Assembly (NCBI GenBank): GCA_963668695.2
Contig: CAXXLQ010000004.1
Coordinates: 2,048,001-2,112,000 of the forward strand
Source: Vicinamibacteria bacterium
GTDB lineage: Bacteria; Acidobacteriota; Vicinamibacteria; Marinacidobacterales; Marinacidobacteraceae
DNA: 64,000 bases
Direction: 5' to 3'
Both the position numbers and the translations under genes were made by a program. The notes below the pieces were generated by a model. The model had not been told where the DNA came from. It worked only from the letters and a program-made list of their open reading frames with translations, and made no database searches. Of this stretch, positions 19,007-29,094 are shown one piece after another. Each line of letters opens with the position of its first letter. Position 1 is the stretch's first letter.

Positions 19007-19788
19007 ACAGTCGGTGGTGGAACCCACGTGAGCGCCGAGGCCGGTGAGGCGCCCGGCTGACAAGGCGCGTGAGGGAGGAATACCGGGTGTATTCCGACCG
19101 AAACGCAACGATGAGCGGCGCGCAGCAGAGCGGTGAACAGCCGGTGGTGGAACCCGGGTGAGCGCCGAGGCCGAGGCCCAGTGGTGGAACCCCGTGAGCG
19201 CCGAGGCGCAGCGACGCGGGCCAGTTCTCCCGGAGGGGGCGAGGCCCAGTTCTCCCGGTGGGGCCAGGGGCCCGGCTGACAAGGCGCGTGAGGGAGGAAT
19301 ACCGGGTGTCTTTCGACCGAAACGCAACGATGAGCGGCGCGCAGCGACGCGGTGAACAGCCGGGGTGGATCGCCGGGGCCGAGCGCCGATGAGCCGGCGA
19401 GAACTGGGCCGCGTGGGTTTCACTACCGGGCGGTTCAGCCGGGATGGATCGCCGGCCGAGCCCCCACCGGGAGAACTGGGCCGCGTGGGTTTCACTACCG
19501 GCTGTTTGGCCGGGATGGATCGCCGGCCGAGCCCCCACCGGGAGAACTGGGCCGCCGGGTTTCACTACCGGCTGTTTGGCCGGGATGGATCGCCGGCCGA
19601 GCCCCCACCGGGAGAACTGGGCCGCGCGGGTTTCATCACAGGCTGTTTGGCCGGGATGGATCGCCGGCCGAGCCCCCACCGGGAGAACTGGGCCGCGCGG
19701 GTTTCATCACAGGCTGTTTGGCCGGGATGGATCGCCGGCCGAGCCCCCACCGGGAGAACTGGGCCGCGTGGGTTTCACCACCGGCTGT
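19007..19788. mobile_element. Family A MITE compound array with about 5 tandem 71-bp internal units
   Basis: TA-acagtcggtgg...ccaccggctgt-TA; tandem units at about 19435-19788. Confidence 0.85.
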
Positions 19789-19852
19789 TAGCAGTCGAAA
19801 GGCCCCCGCCGGGAGGGGCCAACCGCCGCTCCCGCCGGTTACGATCCCGGAT

Positions 19853-20245
19853 ATGCGGCGCGTTTCCCCGTCATTCCCGGATCCGTCCTTCACGGACCGG
19901 CGCCGGCGTGATCCGGTCCCGATCGGGGAACTCGTCGGCCTGACCCTGCCGCGCCGTGTGCGGGGGGGCATCCTCGACCTCGGTTTCCTGAAGACGCTCT
20001 GGGAGCAGGCGGCGCCCGACGGGATCGCTGGCAAGGCCGTTCCGGTGCGCTTCGAGAACGGGGTCCTGACGATCCTCGCCTCCGACCCGGGGACCCGCGC
20101 CGCGGCGCACCGCCGGCGGCTGGAAATCGCGCGCCGGCTGGTGAGCGCCGCCGGCCTTCCGGACGCCCGGCTGCGGGTGCGCGTCGAGCTCGGCGATCCG
20201 GCGGCGTCGCGGCCCGGAGGAGCGGAGTCAGGAGCGGAGTCATGA
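19853..20245 (+). CDS. DUF721 / DciA family protein
   Basis: PIGELV..., [26 protein letters not shown]; TACGAT 7 nt before ATG; overlaps the thiolase start (ATGA). Confidence 0.7.
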   Translation: MRRVSPSFPDPSFTDRRRRDPVPIGELVGLTLPRRVRGGILDLGFLKTLWEQAAPDGIAGKAVPVRFENGVLTILASDPGTRAAAHRRRLEIARRLVSAAGLPDARLRVRVELGDPAASRPGGAESGAES

Positions 20246-21444
20246 CCGGGGCGGCGCCGGACGGCGGCCCACCGGTCTGGATCTCCTCCGCGGTCCGCAC
20301 TCCGATCGGGAAGCTGCTCGGCGGGCTATCTCCGCTGCCCGCCCCGAAACTCGGCGCGCTGGTGGTCCGGGAAGCGGTGGAACGGGCCGCGGTGCCGGCG
20401 GACGCCGTGGACGAGGTCATCCTCGGGAACGTGCTCACCGCCGGACTCGGCCAAAACCCCGCCCGCCAGGCGGCGCTCGGCGCGGGACTGCCCGCCGGGA
20501 CCGGCGCGCTCACCATCAACAAGGTGTGCGGGTCGGGGCTGAAGGCGGTGATGCTCGCCCGCCAGGCGATCCTCGCCGGGGATGCGGACGTGGTGGTCGC
20601 GGGCGGGATGGAGTCCATGTCGAACGCCCCGCACCTCGTTTCCGGGATGCGGGCCGGATCGAAGATGGGGGACGGCACCCTCGTGGATTCGATGGTGCAC
20701 GATGGGCTCACGGACGCCTTCGAGGACATCCATATGGGCGAGACCGCGGAGCGGGTCGCGGACCGCTACGGCGTGACCCGCGAGGCGATGGACGCTTGCG
20801 CCGCCGAGAGTCAGCGCCGCGCCCACGCCGCCACCGAGGCCGGCCGCTTCGCCGCCGAGATCCTTCCGGTGGAGGTTCCGGGGCGCAAGGGCCCGGTGGT
20901 GGTCGAGCGGGACGAGGGCATCCGCCCGGACGCCACCGAGGCGTCGCTCGCGCTGCTCCGTCCGGTCTTCCGGAAGGACGGCCGGGTGACCGCGGGGAAC
21001 GCTCCCGGGGTGAACGACGGCGCCGCTGCGCTGGTGATCGCCTCGGACGCGGCGGTCCGGCGCCACGGCCTGCCGCGCCTCGCGCGGATCGTCGGGCAGG
21101 CGGTCTCGGGACTCGAGCCCCAGTGGGTGATGATGACCCCGGTGCCGGCCGTCCGGAGGCTTCTCGAGCGGCTCGACTGGACGGTGGACGGGGTGGACTG
21201 CTTCGAGATCAACGAGGCCTTCGCCGCCCAGGCGGTGGCGGTGCGCGGAGAACTCGGGCTCCCGGCGGACCGGACGAACATGAACGGGGGCGCGGTCGCG
21301 CTCGGCCACCCCATCGGGGCGAGCGGGGCCCGCATCCTCACCACGCTGCTGTATCTGCTCCGGGAGCACCAGCTGGACCGGGGCGTTGCGAGCCTTTGTC
21401 TCGGCGGCGGCAACGGGGTCGCTCTGGGAGTGGAACGTGCCTGA
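20242..21444 (+). CDS. Acetyl-CoA C-acetyltransferase (thiolase)
   Basis: [25 protein letters not shown]. Confidence 0.95.
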   Translation: MTGAAPDGGPPVWISSAVRTPIGKLLGGLSPLPAPKLGALVVREAVERAAVPADAVDEVILGNVLTAGLGQNPARQAALGAGLPAGTGALTINKVCGSGLKAVMLARQAILAGDADVVVAGGMESMSNAPHLVSGMRAGSKMGDGTLVDSMVHDGLTDAFEDIHMGETAERVADRYGVTREAMDACAAESQRRAHAATEAGRFAAEILPVEVPGRKGPVVVERDEGIRPDATEASLALLRPVFRKDGRVTAGNAPGVNDGAAALVIASDAAVRRHGLPRLARIVGQAVSGLEPQWVMMTPVPAVRRLLERLDWTVDGVDCFEINEAFAAQAVAVRGELGLPADRTNMNGGAVALGHPIGASGARILTTLLYLLREHQLDRGVASLCLGGGNGVALGVERA

Positions 21445-22324
21445 TCCGGCCGCGCTGCGGCGCGCCCTGGTCGTGGGCGCCGGGACCATGGGGAACGGCA
21501 TCGCCCAGGTCTTTGCGCTTGCCGGGATCGAGGTCGATCTCGTGGACATCCGGGAAGAGTTCACGGCGCGGGGGATGGCGACCATCGAGAAGAACCTGGG
21601 ACGCCAGGTGAAGCGGGGAACGGTGTCCGAGCCGGAAGCGGCCGCCGCGCTTTCCCGCATCCGGCCGGGAACGGAGATGGCGCCCGCCGCCGACGCGGAG
21701 TTCGTGATCGAGGCCATCGTCGAAGACGAAGCCAAGAAACTCTCGCTCCACGCCGCGCTCGAGCCGCGGCTGCCGCCGGAGACGATCCTCGCGACGAACA
21801 CCTCGTCGATCTCCATCACCCGGCTCGGCGCTCGGTCGGGCCGTGCCGACCGGTTCATCGGCATGCACTTCATGAACCCGGTTCCGGTCATGGAACTGGT
21901 GGAGGTCATCCGGGGGCTCGAGACCTCGGACCCGGTGTTCGAAACCACCATGGGCCTCGCGCGCCGCCTCGGGAAGACGCCCTGCGCGGTCAACGACGCT
22001 CCCGGGTTCGTCTCCAACCGGGTCCTCATGCCCATGATCAACGAGGCCGCCTTCGCGCTCATGGAAGGCGTCGCCGCCGCCCGGGACATTGACCGGATCA
22101 TGACGCTCGGGATGCGGCACCCGATGGGGCCGCTCGCCCTCGCCGATCTCATCGGCCTCGACGTGGTGCTCGACATCCTCCGGGTCCTCCAGGAGGGGTT
22201 CGGGGACCCGCGCTACCGCCCGTGTCCGCTCCTCGTGAAGCTGGTGGACGCCGGCCGGCTCGGCAAGAAGACCGGCCGCGGCTTTTACGACTACCCGGGT
22301 CCGGGCGCCGGAACGGGCGGGTAA
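21437..22324 (+). CDS. hbd: 3-hydroxybutyryl-CoA dehydrogenase
   Basis: [43 protein letters not shown]. Confidence 0.93.
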   Translation: MPDPAALRRALVVGAGTMGNGIAQVFALAGIEVDLVDIREEFTARGMATIEKNLGRQVKRGTVSEPEAAAALSRIRPGTEMAPAADAEFVIEAIVEDEAKKLSLHAALEPRLPPETILATNTSSISITRLGARSGRADRFIGMHFMNPVPVMELVEVIRGLETSDPVFETTMGLARRLGKTPCAVNDAPGFVSNRVLMPMINEAAFALMEGVAAARDIDRIMTLGMRHPMGPLALADLIGLDVVLDILRVLQEGFGDPRYRPCPLLVKLVDAGRLGKKTGRGFYDYPGPGAGTGG

Positions 22325-22441
22325 CAGCCTGTGGACGGAGTGGTGTGAGCGCCGAGGTCGGCGTTCTCTCGGCGGACGAGGCGCGCGCCGGCCGAGCCCC
22401 CACCGGGAGAACTGGGCCGCGCCACTCCGTTTACAGGCTGT
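22324..22441. mobile_element. Short family A MITE variant
   Basis: acagcctgtggacggagtgg...ccactccgtttacaggctgt inverted ends; the hbd stop TAA is the flanking TA plus the first base of the element. Confidence 0.7.
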
Positions 22442-22580
22442 TCGCACCTTCCCGCGGGCTTTTTGCGCCGGGGTGGGACAAAATTTGGCTCAATTCCGTC
22501 TTAGCCTTTAGAGACCTGAAGCGGCGCCGCCGGCCCTGGGGCTGGGGCGCCCAATTCCGACGAGGAGACTCCCGCCAGCC

Positions 22581-23663
22581 ATGAAGCCAGCCATGAAGCC
22601 AGACGTCAAGAAAGCGCAGAGCGCCGAGCAGCGTTCCCGCGCCCTCGACATCGCCCTCGAGCAAATCCAGAAACAGTTCGGCCGGGGGGCCATCATGCGC
22701 CTCGGCCAGTCCGCCCTGGACGTGTTGTCCATCCCGACCGGCGTGATTTCGCTGGACGCCGCCCTCGGGGTGGGCGGCTTTCCCCGCGGCCGGGTGATCG
22801 AGGTGTTCGGGCCGGAGTCTTCCGGAAAGACCACCCTGGCGCTCACGGTGGTCGCCTCCGCCCAGGCGCTCGGCGGCGTCGCGGCCTTCGTGGACGCCGA
22901 GCACGCCCTGGATCCGGTCTACTGCCGGGCGCTCGGGGTGAATACGGACGAGCTGCTCGTGTCCCAGCCCGACGACGGCGAGCAGGCGCTCGAGATCACC
23001 GAGACGCTGGTGCGCAGCGGCTCGGTGGATGTCATAGTGGTGGACTCGGTCGCCGCCCTCGTACCCCGCGCCGAGCTCGACGGGGAGATGGGGGACTCCC
23101 AGGTGGGCCTCCAGGCGCGTCTCATGTCGAAGGCGCTCCGCAAGCTCACCGGGATCGTCTCGAAGTCGGCGACCTGTCTGGTCTTCATCAACCAGCTCCG
23201 CGAGAAGATCGGGGTCATGTTCGGCAACCCGGAGACCACCAGCGGCGGACGCGCGCTCAAGTTCTATTCCTCGGTGCGCGTGGACATCCGGCGGATCGGC
23301 GCCCTCAAGGAAGGGGACGCCGTGATCGGGAACCGGACGCGGGTCAAGATCGTGAAGAACAAGGTGGCGCCTCCCTTCCGGCAGGCGGAGTTCGATATGC
23401 GCTACGGCGAGGGGATTTCCCGGACCGGCGACTTGATCGATCTGGCGGTGAAGGAGCGGATCATCGAAAAGAGCGGCGCCTGGTATTCGTACCAGGGCGA
23501 ACAGATCGGCCAGGGACGGGAGCGGGTCCGCCGCGCCCTTCTGGAAGATGAGCCGCTGGCGGCGGAGATCGAATCCCGGGTGCGGAAGGCGCTCGGCCTT
23601 TCAGGGGGGGATGATGCGGATGACGGGGTTGGCGGGGACACTGCGACCGGCGCGAAGGGCTGA
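22581..23663 (+). CDS. recA: Recombinase RecA
   Basis: [43 protein letters not shown]. Confidence 0.99.
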   Translation: MKPAMKPDVKKAQSAEQRSRALDIALEQIQKQFGRGAIMRLGQSALDVLSIPTGVISLDAALGVGGFPRGRVIEVFGPESSGKTTLALTVVASAQALGGVAAFVDAEHALDPVYCRALGVNTDELLVSQPDDGEQALEITETLVRSGSVDVIVVDSVAALVPRAELDGEMGDSQVGLQARLMSKALRKLTGIVSKSATCLVFINQLREKIGVMFGNPETTSGGRALKFYSSVRVDIRRIGALKEGDAVIGNRTRVKIVKNKVAPPFRQAEFDMRYGEGISRTGDLIDLAVKERIIEKSGAWYSYQGEQIGQGRERVRRALLEDEPLAAEIESRVRKALGLSGGDDADDGVGGDTATGAKG

Positions 23664-23709
23664 TCGCTGTGCCAAACTACCGCGCCCGCGCGACCTGCGG
23701 GGGCCCGTA

Positions 23710-23782
<73 letters not shown>

Positions 23783-24118
23783 CCCAGGCCGGAGCGGACC
23801 CGAAGGGGCCGCCCGGCGCTGTGTGCCGGTCTCCGCCCGGCGTCGTCCGCGGAATGCGGGCGAGACCGCGAATCGCCGACTGAGAGGAAGCGCGGGGACG
23901 GCTTGGAACGCCGACCTCCGGTCGGCACAGCGGCGCGCAGCGCCGCGGGCGGTTCACCGCTGATCGTGGGAGAGGGCACGCAGGCCCGGGAACGCCGACC
24001 TCCGGCCAGTCCTCCCGGTGGTCGGCACAGCTGCGCGTCAGCGCAGCGAACGGCGCACCGCCGATCCACTTCAAGCGCGGCCGGTATAGGGAACGCCGCC
24101 TCCAACTGACCTGCGTTA

Positions 24119-24354
24119 ACAGCCTGTGGTGAAACCCGGGTGAGCGCCGAGGTTGGCCAGTTCTCCCGGTGGGGGCGAGGCCCAGTTCTCCCGGTGGGGC
24201 CAGTTCTCCCGGTGGGGGCCCGGCTGACAAGGCGCGTGAGGGAGGAATACCTGGTGTATTTCGACCGAAACGCAACGCAGAACGGAGCGAAGCGGAGTGG
24301 TTCAGCCGGGATGGATCGCCAGCCGAACGCCGCTTGGCTTTTACCACAGGCTGT
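24119..24354. mobile_element. Family A MITE, 236 bp (partial copy follows to about 24444)
   Basis: TA-acagcctgtgg...ccacaggctgt-TA. Confidence 0.85.
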
Positions 24355-24539
24355 TAGGCGCGTGAGGGAGGTGCGACGCCAGCGCCGCAAAGCGGCGCGG
24401 TTCAGGCGGGATGCATCGCCGCTCGAACGCCGCCTGGAGGCTGTTAAGCGCGTGCGACAGCCAGCCTGCCCCGGGGACGTGAAGGCGGAATACAAGGAAT
24501 CCGGGTATCCTTACTTTCTCCCGTCACAGGAGACACCCC

Positions 24540-24767
24540 TTGCTCGCCAAATTGACATCCAAGAATCAAATCACCCTGCCCAAGGCGGTGATCGCGGATT
24601 TCCCCGACTCCCGGTACTTCGACGTGACCAAAGAGAACGGAAAGATCGTCTTGACGCCGGTGCGCCTCACGCGGGCTGATTCGGTACGCGCCAAGCTCTC
24701 CGAACTCGGCATTACCGAGGCCGACGTGGCGGGAGCCGTCGCTTGGGCCCGTCGGCCCTCCGAATAG
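24540..24767 (+). CDS. AbrB/MazE-family antitoxin
   Basis: AKLTSKNQITLPK...GKIVLTP; AGGAG ribosome-binding site; precedes a PIN gene. Confidence 0.88.
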   Translation: MLAKLTSKNQITLPKAVIADFPDSRYFDVTKENGKIVLTPVRLTRADSVRAKLSELGITEADVAGAVAWARRPSE

Positions 24768-24773
24768 GCCTGC

Positions 24774-25202
24774 GTGGCTGCGCCGCACCTCGTTCTGGAC
24801 ACGAACGTGGTGCTCTCGGCCCTTGTCTTCCCTGCGGGGGTGCTGTCGTGGCTGCGCGGGGCGTGGCAAGCGGGCCAGGTCGTTCCGTTAGTTGGCCGTG
24901 CGACCGCCGAGGAACTGATTCGGACTCTCGCCTATCCGAAGTTTCGGTTGACCGACGAGGAGCAGGAGGAGTTGCTGGCCGACTATCTGCCGTGGTGCGA
25001 GACGGTTCGGGTGCTTCGACCGCCCGCCGTACCCGAATGCCGGGATCCGTCAGATCGCTCTTTCCTCGAACTGGCGCTCGTGGGTGGGGCCGGTGCCCTC
25101 GTTACCGGAGACAACGATTTGCTCGCTCTTGCGCCGCAGTTTTCTGTTCCCATTCTCGATCCCGCGGCATTGCGGGCGCGCCTTCAGATCGGGCGGCTCT
25201 GA
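24774..25202 (+). CDS. PIN-domain toxin
   Basis: VLDTNVVLSAL, CRDPSD..FLELA, LVTGDNDLL. Confidence 0.9.
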   Translation: MAAPHLVLDTNVVLSALVFPAGVLSWLRGAWQAGQVVPLVGRATAEELIRTLAYPKFRLTDEEQEELLADYLPWCETVRVLRPPAVPECRDPSDRSFLELALVGGAGALVTGDNDLLALAPQFSVPILDPAALRARLQIGRL

Positions 25203-25454
25203 GGCTCACCCGGCTGGCTCCGGCGGACAAGGCGCCGGCGTTCCCGCCCCTACTGGCTGTTCTTCGCGGCCGTGGTTTCCACCACCTGAGCGAGCATTTC
25301 CGCGGTGCGGGTGCAGAATTTCCAGGAAGTTTTCCTCCCAGGAGTCAGTTTCTGGCGGCGAATTGAGCTGGATTAGGCGCAAATCGAGAAACCCACTGTA
25401 TTTTCCTTGAAAAACTGTTGGTAGTCATCTGATTTTCAAGTATTTTCGCGTGCC

Positions 25455-26696
25455 ATGATCCTCGCACGCCCCGGTGCGATTCGGCGTATTGCCCAGTCGT
25501 TCCGGGTCCATCCCGCGGTGGCGTTGCTCGGGCCCCGCCAGTGCGGCAAGACAACCCTGGCCCGCCTCTTGGCCGCTGGCGAGCCGGTATCCACGTTCTT
25601 CGACCTGGAGCGGGATGCCGACTTCCGGCGTCTCCAGAACCCGGAGGCGACCCTCTCGCCCCTCGGCGGACTCGTCGTGGTGGACGAGATCCAACTTCTC
25701 CCGCAGTTGTTCCGGGCGCTGCGGCCCATCATCGACCATCCGGCCGCCGCGGCCCGGTTTCTGTTACTCGGGAGCGTGTCGCCGACGGTCGTCAAGGGAG
25801 CGTCGGAATCGCTTGCCGGCCGGGTGGGGCTGGTGGACCTCGCCGGGTTCGATCTCGGCGAGGTTGGGTCGGGCCCGGACTGGCGGATCCTCTGGGAGCG
25901 TGGAGGCTTCCCCCGCAGCTATCTCCAACCGGACACGAGTGCGTCCCCGGACACGAGTGCGTCCCCGGACACGAGTGCGTCCCCGGACACGAGTGCGTCC
26001 CCGGACACGAGTGCGTCCTACGAATGGCGCGAGAACTTCATCCAGACTTTTCTGCAGCGCGACATTCCCGCGCTCGGGGGAAACGTCCCGGCCGCGGCGC
26101 TCCGTCGCTTCTGGTCCATGACGGCGCATTTTCACGGGCAGGTCTGGAACGCCGCCGAGTTCGCCCGCGCCCTCGGGCAGGGGGAGGCGGCGGCGCGCCG
26201 CTACCTCGACTTGCTCGCCGGCGCGTTCGTGGTCAGGGCGCTTCCCCCGTGGTTCGAAAACCTCAAGAAACGCCAGGTCCGTTCCCCCAAGGTGTACGTG
26301 CGCGACACCGGCATGCTCCACGCTCTGCTCGGCGTGCCGTCCCTCGCCGTGCTCACCGGCCACCCGAAGGTCGGAGCCTCGTTCGAGGGTTTTGCCGTCG
26401 AACAGATCTGCGCCGCCCTGTCTCCCCGCGATCCCTTCTTCTGGGCCACCCACGCCGGCGCGGAACTCGATCTCCTGCTGACCTCGAACGGCAAGCGCTA
26501 CGGCTTCGAGGTCAAGTTCACCGAGGCGCCCCGCACCACCCGCTCGATGCGGGTCGCGCTCTCCGACCTCGGTCTCGAACGCCTTTTCGTGGTCTATCCG
26601 GGGGATGAGGGCTATCCCCTCGATTCCCGGATCGAGGCTCTTCCCGTGCGTGAAATCCCGCGGCTACCCGCGCGTCCGGAGTTTGCCGCGGGGTGA
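25455..26696 (+). CDS. ATP-binding protein (AAA_14 + DUF4143 type)
   Basis: GPRQCGKTT, VDEIQ, ESLAGR, GGFP, PKVYVRDTG, C-terminal ELDLL...FEVK nuclease-like motif. Confidence 0.88.
   Translation: MILARPGAIRRIAQSFRVHPAVALLGPRQCGKTTLARLLAAGEPVSTFFDLERDADFRRLQNPEATLSPLGGLVVVDEIQLLPQLFRALRPIIDHPAAAARFLLLGSVSPTVVKGASESLAGRVGLVDLAGFDLGEVGSGPDWRILWERGGFPRSYLQPDTSASPDTSASPDTSASPDTSASPDTSASYEWRENFIQTFLQRDIPALGGNVPAAALRRFWSMTAHFHGQVWNAAEFARALGQGEAAARRYLDLLAGAFVVRALPPWFENLKKRQVRSPKVYVRDTGMLHALLGVPSLAVLTGHPKVGASFEGFAVEQICAALSPRDPFFWATHAGAELDLLLTSNGKRYGFEVKFTEAPRTTRSMRVALSDLGLERLFVVYPGDEGYPLDSRIEALPVREIPRLPARPEFAAG
25929..26018 (+). repeat. In-frame 18-bp tandem repeat x5 (PDTSAS)
   Basis: Five perfect copies of ccggacacgagtgcgtcc. 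Confidence 0.95.
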
Positions 26697-26769
26697 GGAG
26701 GGAGCGTAGGCGTCCTTCACGGGGGTCAGCGCCATGCGGGTGGAGAGCGGTACGCGGTTTCGCGGCCCT

Positions 26770-27141
26770 GGCGGGCTGCGGTGCCGGCCGGAAGCCGGCG
26801 TTCCTGACGTGTGTGCCGTGCGGGTGAGTGGCGGAGGGAGTTTCGCCCGCTGTGCGGCCGCGATGCCGGTCTGAAGACCGGCGTTCCCAGCCCTCCGGGC
26901 CGCGGTGCCGACCGGAAGCCGGCGTTCCTGTGCCGTGCGGGTGAGTGGCGGAGGGAGTTTCGCCCGCTGCGCGGGCGATGGCGGTCTGAAGGGCCCCACC
27001 GGGAGAACTGCCCGGCGCTCCTGCGGTCGCGGGCCATTCCTCCCGCGGGGGTACGTGCCGAGACGGGAGCCATCCCGGAAACGGGCTGATACGCCGTCCG
27101 CCCCGCTGCGCGGGCGATGCCGGTGTGAACACCGGCGCTCC
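26770..27141 (-). repeat. Family B hairpin repeat cluster
   Basis: gccggtctgaagaccggc and gccggtgtgaacaccggc palindromes; tgtgccgtgcgggtgagtggcggagggagtttcgcc twice, also near 52780. Confidence 0.65.
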
Positions 27142-27143
27142 CT

Positions 27144-29093
27144 TCACTGGCCGTTCTTCGCGGCGGTGGTGTCGACTACCCGACCCAGCATTTCCGCATA
27201 GCGGGTGATGCCGTCGGAGACGGCCGACGCCAGCTTCGTCCGGTGGGATGAACTGCGGAGCTGCCTCGCCTCCTCGCGGTTGCTCACGAACCCCACCTCG
27301 ACCAGCACCGCGGGCATCTGGGCGCCCAGCAGCACGTGGAACCCGGCGGTCTTGACGCCGCGGTTCAGCGGGTGTTTCTCCCGGCCCAGGATGCTTTCGG
27401 CGATCTCGGCCTGCATCACCGTCGCGAGCTCCCGGGATTCTTCTTTCCGGGCGTGGTTCCAGATCTGGTCCATCAGCTTGCGGACATCGGCGATCCGGAC
27501 CTTTCCGGTGGAGGCGTTCTCCCGGGCCGCGACCTCCGCCGCGTCCGCCGAGGTGGCCAGGTTCAGGTAGAAGGTCTCGAGGCCCCGCGCGTTGCGGTTC
27601 CGCGCGGCGTTGACGTGGATCGAAACGAAGATGTCCGCTTCGCGGCTGTTGGCGATGAAGGCGCGTTGCTCAAGGGGAATGAAGACGTCCTTGTCCCGGG
27701 TCATGATCACTTCGAAGCCGCGCTGCTCGAGGTCGTCGCGGACCCGCTTCGCGACATCCAGCGCGATGTCCTTCTCGTGCAGGCTCCCGGCCCGGGTGCC
27801 CGGGTCCTTCCCGCCGTGCCCGGCGTCGATCACGATGCGGCTCACCCTGGCGCCGAGCTGGCGCGCCACCGAGTAGCCGCCCTGCGTCGGGAGGGGTACC
27901 GAGGGTGAGCCCTCGTTCTCGCTATCCGGCGTTTCGGCGGCGGCCGTCCGGGGAGCCTCGCCGGCCTTCCGCGCCCCCGCCGGGGAATCGGTCGTCTTGC
28001 CGCCGCCGGCGTCCGCCACCTGCACCGGAGGCGCCCCGTGGATGTCCACCACGAGCCGGTAGGGATCGGGGAGGGCGAACACGCTGACTTCCCGGACGCT
28101 CGAGAAATCGAGCACCACGCGGGTGGTCTTGGGTTCGGGAACGCCGAGCCGGATCTGCTGGAGGTGCGAGCCTTCGATCGGGAACGCCCGGCCCTCGAGC
28201 TCCTCGTCCGGCGTCGAGCCGTGGAGGTCGAAGAACACCCGGTCGGGATTCGTGAGCCGGCCTTCGGTGTGCGGCGTCGGCCCGCTCAGGTCGATCACCA
28301 CCCGGGTGTGCGAATCCCCGACCCAGTGGCGGATGTTCCGCACGGTGGTCGGCGGGTCGGCGGGCTTCACCTCCTGCTTCACCGGAACCGGACGGCTCGC
28401 CTCGGCCTTCGCCGGCGCCGCGGCTTGGGGGGTGCGTTCCGCCTCCGCCTTCGGAGCGGGAGCTGCCGCCCGGGGCCGCGCTGCGGGCTTCTGAAGGACG
28501 GCGGCGGCCAGCCGGGTCTCGGCGCTCTCCGGCGCGCGCTTCCGGAGCCGCTCGAGCGCGCGCCGCGCTTCGGCCTCGTCGCCGAGTCGGCCGGCGTAGA
28601 GACGCACCTGCGCGTAGAGCGCCTTCGGCACCCACTTGCTCGCCGGGTAGCCGCGGATCAGGAGGGCCCAGGCATCGGCGGCGCGCACCGCGAACCGGCG
28701 GTCGTCGAAGCGTTCGGCGGCGTCGCGATAGACGCCCCCCTCGTAGTGGAGCGCGTCGTCGCAATAGCCGCTTCGCGGGAAGGAGATGACCACCGACCGG
28801 TACTTCCGCCCGACGTTCTCCCATCGTCCCCGGTTGCGCATCGCGGTCTTCGAGCCGCGGAGCGACTCCTCCGCGCGCCGCGCCGCTTCGTAGAGCTGTT
28901 TCGCGGTGGCCGCCCCGGCGCCGGCCTCGCGGGAGGCGGCGGCCGGGGCCGCCAGCGCCATCCCGGCGCTCATGAGCACGGCGACCCCAACCGCGGAGAG
29001 CCGGGCGGCTGCGAGCCCAACCGCGGAGAGCCCAACCACGGGGAACCGCGCCGCGGCGAGCCGGACGGAACCGAACGTCGGGATCACGAGCAA
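27144..29093 (-). CDS. N-acetylmuramoyl-L-alanine amidase (TPR-like + AMIN + Amidase_3)
   Basis: IDAGHGGKDPG, FVSIHVNA, PAVLVEVGFVSN; AMIN-like PDRVFFDL and PYRLVVDI; start uncertain. Confidence 0.9.
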   Translation of the reverse strand: MLVIPTFGSVRLAAARFPVVGLSAVGLAAARLSAVGVAVLMSAGMALAAPAAASREAGAGAATAKQLYEAARRAEESLRGSKTAMRNRGRWENVGRKYRSVVISFPRSGYCDDALHYEGGVYRDAAERFDDRRFAVRAADAWALLIRGYPASKWVPKALYAQVRLYAGRLGDEAEARRALERLRKRAPESAETRLAAAVLQKPAARPRAAAPAPKAEAERTPQAAAPAKAEASRPVPVKQEVKPADPPTTVRNIRHWVGDSHTRVVIDLSGPTPHTEGRLTNPDRVFFDLHGSTPDEELEGRAFPIEGSHLQQIRLGVPEPKTTRVVLDFSSVREVSVFALPDPYRLVVDIHGAPPVQVADAGGGKTTDSPAGARKAGEAPRTAAAETPDSENEGSPSVPLPTQGGYSVARQLGARVSRIVIDAGHGGKDPGTRAGSLHEKDIALDVAKRVRDDLEQRGFEVIMTRDKDVFIPLEQRAFIANSREADIFVSIHVNAARNRNARGLETFYLNLATSADAAEVAARENASTGKVRIADVRKLMDQIWNHARKEESRELATVMQAEIAESILGREKHPLNRGVKTAGFHVLLGAQMPAVLVEVGFVSNREEARQLRSSSHRTKLASAVSDGITRYAEMLGRVVDTTAAKNGQ

Positions 29094-29094
29094 C

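Noticed and set aside
19435-19788. CRISPR-like 71-bp periodic arrays (also about 59438 and 61637)
   Set aside because: Whole units are near-identical MITE sub-repeats with no variable spacer.
18800-19943. ORFs with recurring PHRENW / PPPGELG / PVLPVG peptides (also near 13200, 24100, 59100, 61500)
   Set aside because: These are translations of family A MITE DNA and the 18-bp insert, and they appear in every frame.
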